Shown: piece after piece, positions 56,288 to 64,000 of the stretch
Numbering within the stretch: position 1 is the first letter of the stretch
How the letters are laid out: every line of letters begins with the position of its first letter
Position numbers and translations under genes: made by a program
The notes under the pieces: model-generated
What the model was told of the DNA's origin: nothing
Database searches by the model: none
What the model saw: the letters and a program-made list of their open reading frames with translations, nothing else
Source: an uncultured Candidatus Saccharibacteria bacterium
GTDB taxonomy: Bacteria; Patescibacteriota; Minisyncoccia; Phycocordibacterales; Zambryskibacteraceae
DNA length: 64,000 nucleotides
Assembly (NCBI GenBank): GCA_964618905.1
Contig: CAZUDK010000003.1
Span: forward strand, 9,783-73,782
Reading direction: 5' to 3'

Positions 56288-57625
56288 TTATTTGGAGAGT
56301 TTTTTGCTTGTATTACTTCTGTGAGCCCTGTCATCTAGCTCTTTGAGAAGTTTTTTAAGCTTCTCTCCAGTCCACCTGACAGGATCTCCTCTATTTATTA
56401 CAGTCTGAGCTTTGTCCCAGAGATTATTCTCTTCGACATAGCGCAAAACCTCCAGCGGTCCGCCTTTTTTCAACAGCATGCCGAGAAGCTTATCAGAACC
56501 TGCGACATTTATATCGCCGAAATAAAACTGCAGGATATCTTCCCAGCCGGTAGTAATGAATCTGACAGATTCATGTACCAAATCCGAGAGAGTATACCAA
56601 TAAACTCTCTCGATTATGCTGTTTGATATCGACAGAGCTATATCAGCAAAGATTGCCACTTGGATTTCTTCGAGTTCTTCTTGAGGAATCTTTAGTTCAA
56701 GATCAACAGTAGTAAATCCTGCTTCTGTTATCCAGATCGGAATCACTCTGCCGGTAAACCCCTTTATTATCTCTTCGACTTCAAGAGCGCGTTCATTCCA
56801 GGACGGATGCTTGGTTTTGTCGCTCCAAGTGCCACGCAAACCGTGCAAGCCTATGATATCAACATGATCAAAGAGGCCAAGATCTCCAACTTTCTGAAAC
56901 CAACCTTTGTCGGTCTTGCTCGGGCCGCCGAGCAAAACCTTTTTGTTTCGCTTTCGAACTTTCTCCGAAGCCTGTTTGAACATCTCGACGTACAACTTGT
57001 AATCCGGATCAAGCATCGGCAGCCAATCAGTATCGATATTCGGCTCGTTCCAAAGCTCTATCACATCCTCCACATACTTGCCGTATTCCTCTATGAATCT
57101 ATCTACAAATTCGGCGAAAGCAGAGAGTGGAAAAGGCGGGATGTTGGTGTTCGGCGTGAGCCTCTCGAGATGTTCCAGATGTTCTCTGTCCCACAGCGTT
57201 CTCTCCTTCTCAAATTTAAGACGAGCTTCCGCAAAACGCCAAGGGGTATAGTTGAGATTCGGCACTACCGAGAAGCCTGCATCAAAGAACTTCTTAAGAT
57301 ACCATTCTATCCATACCGGGCCGCCGGATATTTCCCATTCAGCCCACGAGACACCGAGCCGAACTCTCTCGATGCGGCGGATTTTCAAAGCATCAATAAG
57401 TTCGTCTACTTCTTGCTTGATCTTCAGAATTTCTTTCTTTTGATCTTGAAGATCGCCCTCCCCTTCAGAATCCAAATCAAGGAAATCTTTTAAATTCGGA
57501 TTAACCATATATTCATATGGCAATTTCATCCAAATAAGATATCCTAAATTTTGCTCTATTTTTCTAAGTTGGGCGGGTGACAAAGACTTGCCTCTATATG
57601 TCAGAGTATCCATATTTTCTCTCAT
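56288..57625 (-). CDS. glycoside hydrolase, clan GH-A (GH5/GH39-like)
   Basis: ELWNEPN (acid/base) and WITEAG (nucleophile) motifs. No signal peptide. Confidence 0.6.
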   Translation of the reverse strand: MRENMDTLTYRGKSLSPAQLRKIEQNLGYLIWMKLPYEYMVNPNLKDFLDLDSEGEGDLQDQKKEILKIKQEVDELIDALKIRRIERVRLGVSWAEWEISGGPVWIEWYLKKFFDAGFSVVPNLNYTPWRFAEARLKFEKERTLWDREHLEHLERLTPNTNIPPFPLSAFAEFVDRFIEEYGKYVEDVIELWNEPNIDTDWLPMLDPDYKLYVEMFKQASEKVRKRNKKVLLGGPSKTDKGWFQKVGDLGLFDHVDIIGLHGLRGTWSDKTKHPSWNERALEVEEIIKGFTGRVIPIWITEAGFTTVDLELKIPQEELEEIQVAIFADIALSISNSIIERVYWYTLSDLVHESVRFITTGWEDILQFYFGDINVAGSDKLLGMLLKKGGPLEVLRYVEENNLWDKAQTVINRGDPVRWTGEKLKKLLKELDDRAHRSNTSKKLSK

Positions 57626-57690
57626 TCAAGCGTTCAAAATAAAAGAACTCTTCTTATTTTTCAGACGTACTTCACTGGTTAATACAACGA

Positions 57691-57972
57691 CTACTGACGC
57701 TCGACAAATTTAAAAAATCGGCTTTCACCTCCGGAAGCGACTTCTTCCTGATAAAGAAAATCCAAATTGTTTTCATCAAATATTCTGAAAAACTCATCCC
57801 AAGAAATTTCTTCCAAACTCTCATCTCCATCCGCAAAATCTACCCTAAGTAGAGCGCTGTCGCCTGATTCCGTACCTATTACTATGGCTGGCCTGCCTCC
57901 TCTCTCTTCAATCCATTCCCTTATTTGAGCATGATCATGAGTGCGTTTTGATGTATGGTCGGTATTTTCCAT
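57691..57972 (-). CDS. hypothetical conserved 93-aa protein
   Basis: Intact ORF. The ISWDEFFRIFDENNLDF motif is not recognised. Confidence 0.35.
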   Translation of the reverse strand: MENTDHTSKRTHDHAQIREWIEERGGRPAIVIGTESGDSALLRVDFADGDESLEEISWDEFFRIFDENNLDFLYQEEVASGGESRFFKFVERQ

Positions 57973-58042
57973 TAATCTATAAACGACATGCTTCTAAGTT
58001 CCTTTCAGATCAAATGCCCTCCTGACCGGGAGGGCATTTGGG

Positions 58043-58768
58043 TCAAGAGAGCCGAACAAAGCTCTCTTGAAGTGACAGTTTTTTGTCTGTTTTGCTAAAC
58101 CAGGTGACCGATGAAGTAGAGCTCCATATGTCTTGGTTAGAGAGTAGGGACAGCACGCAATTATCAAAATCCAAAGGGTTCTTGAACTCATGAGAGAGAG
58201 CGATCAGAAAAACAATGACGTCAAAGTGAGTAACCAAGATGACATCCATGTTTTTCTCTTTCAGGTAATCAAAAAACTCCTTTACCCGAATCAAGCACTC
58301 TCTCTTGCTCTCCCCGCCAGGCGGAACCGCGTCAAGATAGGCTGCCGGATACTCATCCATAGCCTTGGCATATTCCGGAAAATTTTTCCGTGCCTGCTCG
58401 AAGTTCATCCCCAAGGTCTTGCCGCTATCATGATCCCGAAGCCGGTCATCCTTGCTTGTCTGCACCAATATCGGGCCATGGTCTTCCGGCAAGTCTCCCA
58501 AAGAACGAAAGATAGAATCTGAGGTGTCTTCCGCTCGATGGTAAGGCGAGCTAATGATCTCAACATGCTTTCCAAGGCCGTTTTTAAGCATGTACATACC
58601 GGCATGCCGTCTTAAAACCTTGCACTCCTCTTTTCCTTCTGGCGTCAGAGGCATATTGCTGTCAGATATACCAATTTTTAATCCGACTTTGACCAAAGTC
58701 GGGTCATTCTTGGCAGATTTGCAATGCCTAAATACAAAGATCTGATTGGTCATGACATCCTCCTCCAT
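58043..58768 (-). CDS. histidine phosphatase superfamily (phosphoglycerate mutase-like branch)
   Basis: The N-terminal FVFRHCKSAKN resembles the RHG catalytic motif. ILVTHFD near the C-terminus. Confidence 0.55.
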   Translation of the reverse strand: MEEDVMTNQIFVFRHCKSAKNDPTLVKVGLKIGISDSNMPLTPEGKEECKVLRRHAGMYMLKNGLGKHVEIISSPYHRAEDTSDSIFRSLGDLPEDHGPILVQTSKDDRLRDHDSGKTLGMNFEQARKNFPEYAKAMDEYPAAYLDAVPPGGESKRECLIRVKEFFDYLKEKNMDVILVTHFDVIVFLIALSHEFKNPLDFDNCVLSLLSNQDIWSSTSSVTWFSKTDKKLSLQESFVRLS

Positions 58769-58849
58769 AAATTAAAAAGGATTTTGGCTTTCCTTAATAA
58801 CAGACGGCTGGTTTATATCTAACTTTCAGTATAGGCAGCAAAATAGTCT

Positions 58850-59230
58850 TTAAAAACCATTTCTCTGGAACAGATATAGGAAATATGCTCCGACAATTCC
58901 TGAAAAGATTATAAAAACAGCAATACCAGTAAGCTCAAAATTATCCCTATCCCATTGCCACTTAAGAGACTGGCCCTTTTTGTAAGCTATTTTCATGAAA
59001 ATCAGCGTTAGGAGCAAAGAAGGAAAAGCAAACCTAATCATAACCTCTTCCATTGTTGAGTTCTCATCTATCCTCATGGAAAGCAAAATTACAAAACCAG
59101 CATAGAAAAAAGTGACAAGCCAACCTTGCCAGCTTGAAGGATACCATCCTAGACCAAACCTCTTTCTCTTAAACCAAATTTCTCTTTTTTGCTGATTTTT
59201 GCTTTTTTGTAGTTTGCTCTGCTTCTTCAT
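58850..59230 (-). CDS. hypothetical small membrane protein (126 aa)
   Basis: Basic N-terminus and three TM helices. Confidence 0.35.
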   Translation of the reverse strand: MKKQSKLQKSKNQQKREIWFKRKRFGLGWYPSSWQGWLVTFFYAGFVILLSMRIDENSTMEEVMIRFAFPSLLLTLIFMKIAYKKGQSLKWQWDRDNFELTGIAVFIIFSGIVGAYFLYLFQRNGF

Positions 59231-59251
59231 TGGATTACTTACTCAATCATA

Positions 59252-60178
59252 TCACTCTCCAAAGATATCCATAAACCTCATAGGGTCGATAGATATGGCA
59301 TTTATGCGCACTGAAAGGTGCAGATGCGGACCGATGACATATCCTGTATTGCCGCTCTTGGCTATAAGGTCACCCTTGTTCACGCTCTGGCCTTCTTTAA
59401 CTAAGATCTCAGACAGATGCATGTATACAGTATGCAAGCCAAGACCATGATCTATCACTACTGTATATCCATAATTGCGCAAATAGTCCGTAAAGCGCAC
59501 GACACCAGAGTTCATAGCGTAAACAGGAGTGCCGATAGCCGCGCGAAAATCCGTGCCCTTGTGGCTGATGCTATTGCCGCCCGTAATTCGTGAATAACCG
59601 TACGTATCAGTTATGGTTATTGGTGGATTAATAGGCATCCTAAAAGGTCCATCCCACAACTTTGTATCTGCCGAAGGAATAGCATTCATTATGGCCGCTT
59701 CCTCAACCAAGGTATTGATAAGTTCTTTCTGGCTCTCTTCAGTATTACCTCCAAGCTTGTCAGGTATGCCAAGCGGCGCCCTTTCTATATTTCTAGGTTT
59801 AACTTCTATATCCTCCTTAAGAACGTCTCCATTTGAAAGAGTTGCCACTAAAGGATAAGTACCCGTATCCATTCGCAGATCTACTCCGACCATTGCTGAA
59901 GGATCGCCCAGATGCATAAAAGTGCTGAGCTTTTTGCCGTTGAATGTCAGAGATTTTAATTTTTCATCTCCGAGTCCTTTGATTGATATTAGAACAGCTT
60001 CTCCTTGAACTATAGTTTCCGGTCTTACAGATAAAACAGGTTCAGACAGTTGGTTTGGATTCTCACTGATTTCTTTATTGTCGGTTTTTATCTCTCTTGT
60101 AGGATTCGGACGGCTCTGTATCCAATAAATACCAATTATTGCAATTACAACTACGACAAAAATAACAGACCTGTTCAT
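59252..60178 (-). CDS. M23 family metallopeptidase (LytM/lysostaphin-like)
   Basis: N-terminal TM, HxxxD (HKGTDF) and HxH (HLHLSV). Confidence 0.8.
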   Translation of the reverse strand: MNRSVIFVVVVIAIIGIYWIQSRPNPTREIKTDNKEISENPNQLSEPVLSVRPETIVQGEAVLISIKGLGDEKLKSLTFNGKKLSTFMHLGDPSAMVGVDLRMDTGTYPLVATLSNGDVLKEDIEVKPRNIERAPLGIPDKLGGNTEESQKELINTLVEEAAIMNAIPSADTKLWDGPFRMPINPPITITDTYGYSRITGGNSISHKGTDFRAAIGTPVYAMNSGVVRFTDYLRNYGYTVVIDHGLGLHTVYMHLSEILVKEGQSVNKGDLIAKSGNTGYVIGPHLHLSVRINAISIDPMRFMDIFGE

Positions 60179-60230
60179 ATAAATATTATAACGTACGAAG
60201 CAGATTGAGCTTTCCCGCGCCAGTTTTTAA

Positions 60231-61466
60231 TTACTCGTACCGAAGTGCTTCCATTGGACTTTTTCGGGCAGCATTCTTGGCAGGATAAATACCGAAGACT
60301 AATCCTATAAAAGCTGAAACTCCAATGCCGAGAACCGCTGCAGATATAGGGAAGCTAAAGGTCCAACCCTCAGCAACATAAGCGGCAAGCACCACTGACA
60401 CTCCGTACGATATGAGAGCTCCAAGCATTATGCCTATGATGCCGCCAAAGCCTGTGAGTATCACTGATTCATACAAAAACTGATACAGAATATCTTTCTC
60501 TGTGGCTCCGAGCGCCTTGCGAAGTCCGATCTCTCGAGTCCTTTCGGATACAGAAACTAGCATGATATTCATAATGCCTATGCCGCCGACCACCAGAGAA
60601 ATACCTGCGACAGAACCAAGGAGAGCTGTCAGAACAGCGGTTATTGTCCCCACCATGGCTGCCGCATCCTCAGGCGTACTGACATGGAAGTCGTCATCAG
60701 CAGGATCATCTATATCATGTGTTTCTCGAAGCGTGGCTTCTATGTCGTGCACCACGCGAGAGACCACCTCTTTTGACTCAGCCCGCACGATAATAGAATT
60801 GTAGTAATCAGTACCGGTAAGATATTCTTGCGCGGCGGTGTACGGCACTAGAATCATCTCATTCATACTCATAAGCGATGCACCGCTATCTGGAAAAACT
60901 CCTATTACTCTAAATGTTTGGCCTTTGATGCGCACCCTTTCGCCCACCGCATCAGAAAGGCCAAAAAGATCATTTTTAATTTCAGAACCCAATACTGCAA
61001 CACGCGCTTTTTGCTCAATATCTTCCTTCGAAAAAGACATTCCCTCTTCAGGATAAACGCTCATGATGTCGGTGATAGTATAATCAGAACCTAAAACAGT
61101 AGCTCTCTCTGTCTCATATTTGTAAATAATCGATACCGGTTGCATCACTATTGGACTGACATCTCTGAGTCCTTGAACATTCTCCGGCCGCTTAAGGGCT
61201 CTGATATCGCTCTCTCGCAGAGAATCCGTATACAGCTCGGCATAGTTTGAAGGTCCTTCAGGCTGCCGGCCGGGGTCTATGGAAATAGTAGTGGCACCTA
61301 AACCTTCTATCTGTCCAAGAATAAGATTCTCAGCACCCTGGCCTATGGACATCACAATAATGATTGAAGTGATACCTATGACGATTCCCAAAATCGTAAG
61401 GAGCGAGCGTGATTTATTAGTGCTCACTCCCCTGTATGCGGTTTTTATGTGATGTTTAAGAAGCAT
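60231..61466 (-). CDS. ABC transporter permease, MacB/FtsX-like
   Basis: An N-terminal TM, a large periplasmic domain and a C-terminal FtsX-type 3-TM bundle. The start was taken at MLLKHH, adjacent to the ATPase stop. Confidence 0.8.
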   Translation of the reverse strand: MLLKHHIKTAYRGVSTNKSRSLLTILGIVIGITSIIIVMSIGQGAENLILGQIEGLGATTISIDPGRQPEGPSNYAELYTDSLRESDIRALKRPENVQGLRDVSPIVMQPVSIIYKYETERATVLGSDYTITDIMSVYPEEGMSFSKEDIEQKARVAVLGSEIKNDLFGLSDAVGERVRIKGQTFRVIGVFPDSGASLMSMNEMILVPYTAAQEYLTGTDYYNSIIVRAESKEVVSRVVHDIEATLRETHDIDDPADDDFHVSTPEDAAAMVGTITAVLTALLGSVAGISLVVGGIGIMNIMLVSVSERTREIGLRKALGATEKDILYQFLYESVILTGFGGIIGIMLGALISYGVSVVLAAYVAEGWTFSFPISAAVLGIGVSAFIGLVFGIYPAKNAARKSPMEALRYE

Positions 61467-61467
61467 T

Positions 61468-62199
61468 TTATTTTGAGTAATTATCTTCTGCCCGGCGCTG
61501 CTTGTGCGAATCGCTGTCACTCAATATTTTGCCATCTTGAATATGAATGATTCGACGTGCGTGCTCGGCTGTCTGAGTTTCGTGAGTAATAAGTATGACA
61601 GTGTGACCGTCGTCATTGAGCTTTTGGATTGTTTCCATGACAGCTTTGCCGGATTTGGAGTCAAGATTGCCTGTTGGTTCGTCAGCGAAGATTATGCTCG
61701 GCTCAAGGACAAGGGCGCGAGCAATAGCAACACGTTGTTTCTCACCGCCGGACAGCTGGCCAGGCTCATGATCTATTCTGTGTGTAAGACCTACAGCTTC
61801 TATGGCTTTCTTGGCGCGACTGTCCCATTCGGCTTGATCAATATCAGAGTACAGGAAAGGCAGCTTCACATTTTCAATGACGCTGGTTCTAGGCAAGAGA
61901 TTAAAGGATTGAAAAACAAACCCCAGCTTGCGATTTCTTATATGAGCCACTTCTTCCGGCGTATAATCGGATACTGACTTTTCTTCGAACAAATATTCGC
62001 CACCTGTATGACCATCGAGAAAGCCCAGTATATGCAAGAGTGTCGACTTGCCGGAACCGGAAGGACCCATAATAGAGACAAACTCGCCTTTATTGACCTC
62101 AAAATCTATACCATGAAGAACTTTCGTTTCCACATCACCGTCATGGTAAACCTTGGATAAATTTTTTACCTCTACAATACTCATACTGCTATTCCTCAA
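61468..62199 (-). CDS. ABC transporter ATP-binding protein (MacB/LolD-type)
   Basis: Walker [10 protein letters not shown], signature LSGGEKQR and Walker B IIFADEPT. Confidence 0.9.
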   Translation of the reverse strand: MRNSSMSIVEVKNLSKVYHDGDVETKVLHGIDFEVNKGEFVSIMGPSGSGKSTLLHILGFLDGHTGGEYLFEEKSVSDYTPEEVAHIRNRKLGFVFQSFNLLPRTSVIENVKLPFLYSDIDQAEWDSRAKKAIEAVGLTHRIDHEPGQLSGGEKQRVAIARALVLEPSIIFADEPTGNLDSKSGKAVMETIQKLNDDGHTVILITHETQTAEHARRIIHIQDGKILSDSDSHKQRRAEDNYSK

Positions 62200-63688
62200 T
62201 GAAAACTATTACTTTTTCGCCCACAGACACACCTTCAAGTATCTCGATATTGCCGTCAGTGCCTCTCATACCTGTTGCAACTTCCTTCTCCACTATTTCT
62301 TCACCATCAAGAATCCGAACATATTTTCGACCGTCTTTTGTAATCACTGAACGCTGAGGAACTGCTATTACTCCATCCTTGTGTTCACCTTTGATGTAGA
62401 CATCAGCCGTCATGCCGGGCCTTATACGCTCATCAACCGAGTTGAATTGAAGCACTGTCTTGTAAGTAGCCACGCCATCTATGAGAGTCTCGGCAGGGTC
62501 GACAGATACAACCGTAGCAGACAGTATTTCATCATCATTGAAAGCATCAAGAATAACATCGGCATCTGCGCCAATTTTAACCTTCACCATATCCGCCTCA
62601 GGCAGATTTGCTTCAACTTGATAGCCGTCCGAAGATATGACGGTAACTACCGGAGCGCCGGCAGAAATAGTCTCGCCCACCTCAGTGTAGATATCGGTAA
62701 CAATGCCGTTTATCGGTGAATATATATTGCGCTTGGCTATCTGATTTAATGTATCCTGCACATCAAGTTGTGCTTGGCGAACATCTATCTTTATGCTTTC
62801 AAGGTCATGACCTTCATCAACAATACCTATCTCGGAATCGTTGATAGTATCTTTGATTTCCAAAAGCTCTCGAAGATGCTCGTTACTCTGACCAGTAAAT
62901 AAAGCTAAAGTGTCTTGGTCGGAAAAGAGTTTAAAAGGCACATTTTCGTTTGCCCTATCTTCTATATAATCCACAAAATTATTAGTCTTCTTTACCGCAT
63001 CTGCAACACTTTTAACTGCTTCATAGGTGCTCAGAATAGAACTTTTTATATCTTCCGGATCTGAAGTCCTGCTGATGTTTCTATATTCATCATATGCATC
63101 CTCATAAATTTCCTTGGCTGCATAATAAGCATCCTGTGCTGCTTCGCGGCGGTCGAGAGAAGATTCTCCGTAATGAATGCGGATAGTATTAGGCGAAGCA
63201 TAATCCTGCCTGAATATATCCCCAAGGCCACTGATAATAGCCGGCAAGTCTAAGAATGTATCAGATACGATATTGAATCCGTTCTCATAAGATTTTTTAA
63301 GATCATCCTCGGCTGTAGTCTTAGATTCTGCTTTGGCTAGAATTATTTCTTCCTGCTCTAAAGCAGCCCTCTGCCTTGAAAGACGAATTTCTAAATCTCT
63401 TGTATCTACAGAAAGCAGAGTCTGCCCCTTCTTCACTTTCTCACCGACCTTTACAGGTATGGAGCGTACCTTGCCGCCCGACTCAATGGCCAGTTCAACC
63501 TCATGTTGTGATACAACATGTCCTGTCACACTGACTTCTTGAGATACAGTCTGCCTGTTTGCCACAACAAAACTCTCACCTGTAGCTTCCGTGCCGCCGG
63601 CAAATGCCCACATGCCGGCAATAATGATAACCAGGATTAAAGGTATGGATATCTTATAGTTCTTAATTAATTTTTTTATCTTTTTCAT
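62189..63688 (-). CDS. periplasmic adaptor/membrane fusion protein (HlyD/MacA-like) with a long coiled coil
   Basis: N-terminal TM, a biotinyl-lipoyl-like hairpin, about 200 aa of coiled coil and a beta-barrel. Overlaps the ATPase start by 11 nt. Confidence 0.75.
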   Translation of the reverse strand: MKKIKKLIKNYKISIPLILVIIIAGMWAFAGGTEATGESFVVANRQTVSQEVSVTGHVVSQHEVELAIESGGKVRSIPVKVGEKVKKGQTLLSVDTRDLEIRLSRQRAALEQEEIILAKAESKTTAEDDLKKSYENGFNIVSDTFLDLPAIISGLGDIFRQDYASPNTIRIHYGESSLDRREAAQDAYYAAKEIYEDAYDEYRNISRTSDPEDIKSSILSTYEAVKSVADAVKKTNNFVDYIEDRANENVPFKLFSDQDTLALFTGQSNEHLRELLEIKDTINDSEIGIVDEGHDLESIKIDVRQAQLDVQDTLNQIAKRNIYSPINGIVTDIYTEVGETISAGAPVVTVISSDGYQVEANLPEADMVKVKIGADADVILDAFNDDEILSATVVSVDPAETLIDGVATYKTVLQFNSVDERIRPGMTADVYIKGEHKDGVIAVPQRSVITKDGRKYVRILDGEEIVEKEVATGMRGTDGNIEILEGVSVGEKVIVFIEE

Positions 63689-64000
63689 TTATTTACTGTA
63701 AGCGCTTCTGATTTCTTCTAAAACTTTTATAAATCCGTCAATTTGCCGATCACTGAGCCTTGAAAACATTTCAGACATCTCAACCGTAGCCTGCCTCAGA
63801 CCTTTATTGAGATAAGACTCTCCTTTATTTGTGATCTGCATATTGATGATGCGGCGATCTTTGCTGCTTGGCACTCTCTTGACCATATCTGCTTTAACCA
63901 AGGAATCCACAAGCGATGTTGCCGAAGGCGCTCTGACACGCAGATATTCTGCGATCCTCTTCATTGTCGGCTTCTCCAGAGCTATAAGCCTGAGGGTCTC
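63689..64000 (-). CDS. MarR-family transcriptional regulator (5' end runs off the window)
   Basis: wHTH region IAEYLRVRAPSATSLVDSLVKADMVKRVPSSKDRRI. The frame is open to nt 64000. Confidence 0.65.
   Translation of the reverse strand, partial: ETLRLIALEKPTMKRIAEYLRVRAPSATSLVDSLVKADMVKRVPSSKDRRIINMQITNKGESYLNKGLRQATVEMSEMFSRLSDRQIDGFIKVLEEIRSAYSK

Overview
The window reads as a chromosomal segment of a small-genome, low-GC (about 40-43%) bacterium with a Gram-positive-like envelope (sortase plus LPxTG substrates, M23 and transpeptidase enzymes). The compact genes, a split transketolase, a very short EF-Ts and a single-chain PheRS are consistent with a Patescibacteria/CPR-like or similarly reduced lineage, though that is inference. 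The standard genetic code fits, because the long ORFs are intact. Most of the window is housekeeping: a dnaB 3' end, recR, rplU, rmuC, yqeY, a truncated dcw cluster (mraZ-rsmH-ftsL-ftsI), gyrB, pheS, the rpsB-tsf operon, prfA-rpmE, rplY, fba divergent from a pfkB kinase, a pentose-phosphate/glycolysis operon (gap-rpiB-rpe-tktN-tktC-DUF1653), nrdAB, lemA-htpX, groES-groEL, secG, RNase J, and a marR-MFP-ABC efflux operon. Three tRNA genes (Glu-CTC, Thr-TGT, Ser-GGA) lie on the minus strand. Three groups of observations stand out. The PheRS has a mitochondrial-type (FARS2-like) architecture, with the PheS catalytic core fused to an FDX-ACB anticodon-binding domain. A sortase locus pairs with a large LPxTG surface protein that contains two 100%-identical 279-bp repeats. 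Several single-gene cassettes at roughly 50-55% GC, each with consensus promoters, strong SD sites and hairpin terminators, sit in the 40% GC backbone and look horizontally acquired. The tRNA-Glu and tRNA-Ser genes are each followed, about 160 bp downstream, by partial copies of their own 3' ends, and the intervening segments resemble each other, suggesting att-site scars or a tRNA-targeting miniature element. Two stand-alone ClpP-family paralogs and a processive GT2 synthase translationally coupled to a membrane thioredoxin-like protein are also worth a second look. No CRISPR array, rRNA, reverse transcriptase or recognisable phage or defence module was seen. All homology calls come from motif recognition by eye and need HMM or BLAST confirmation.
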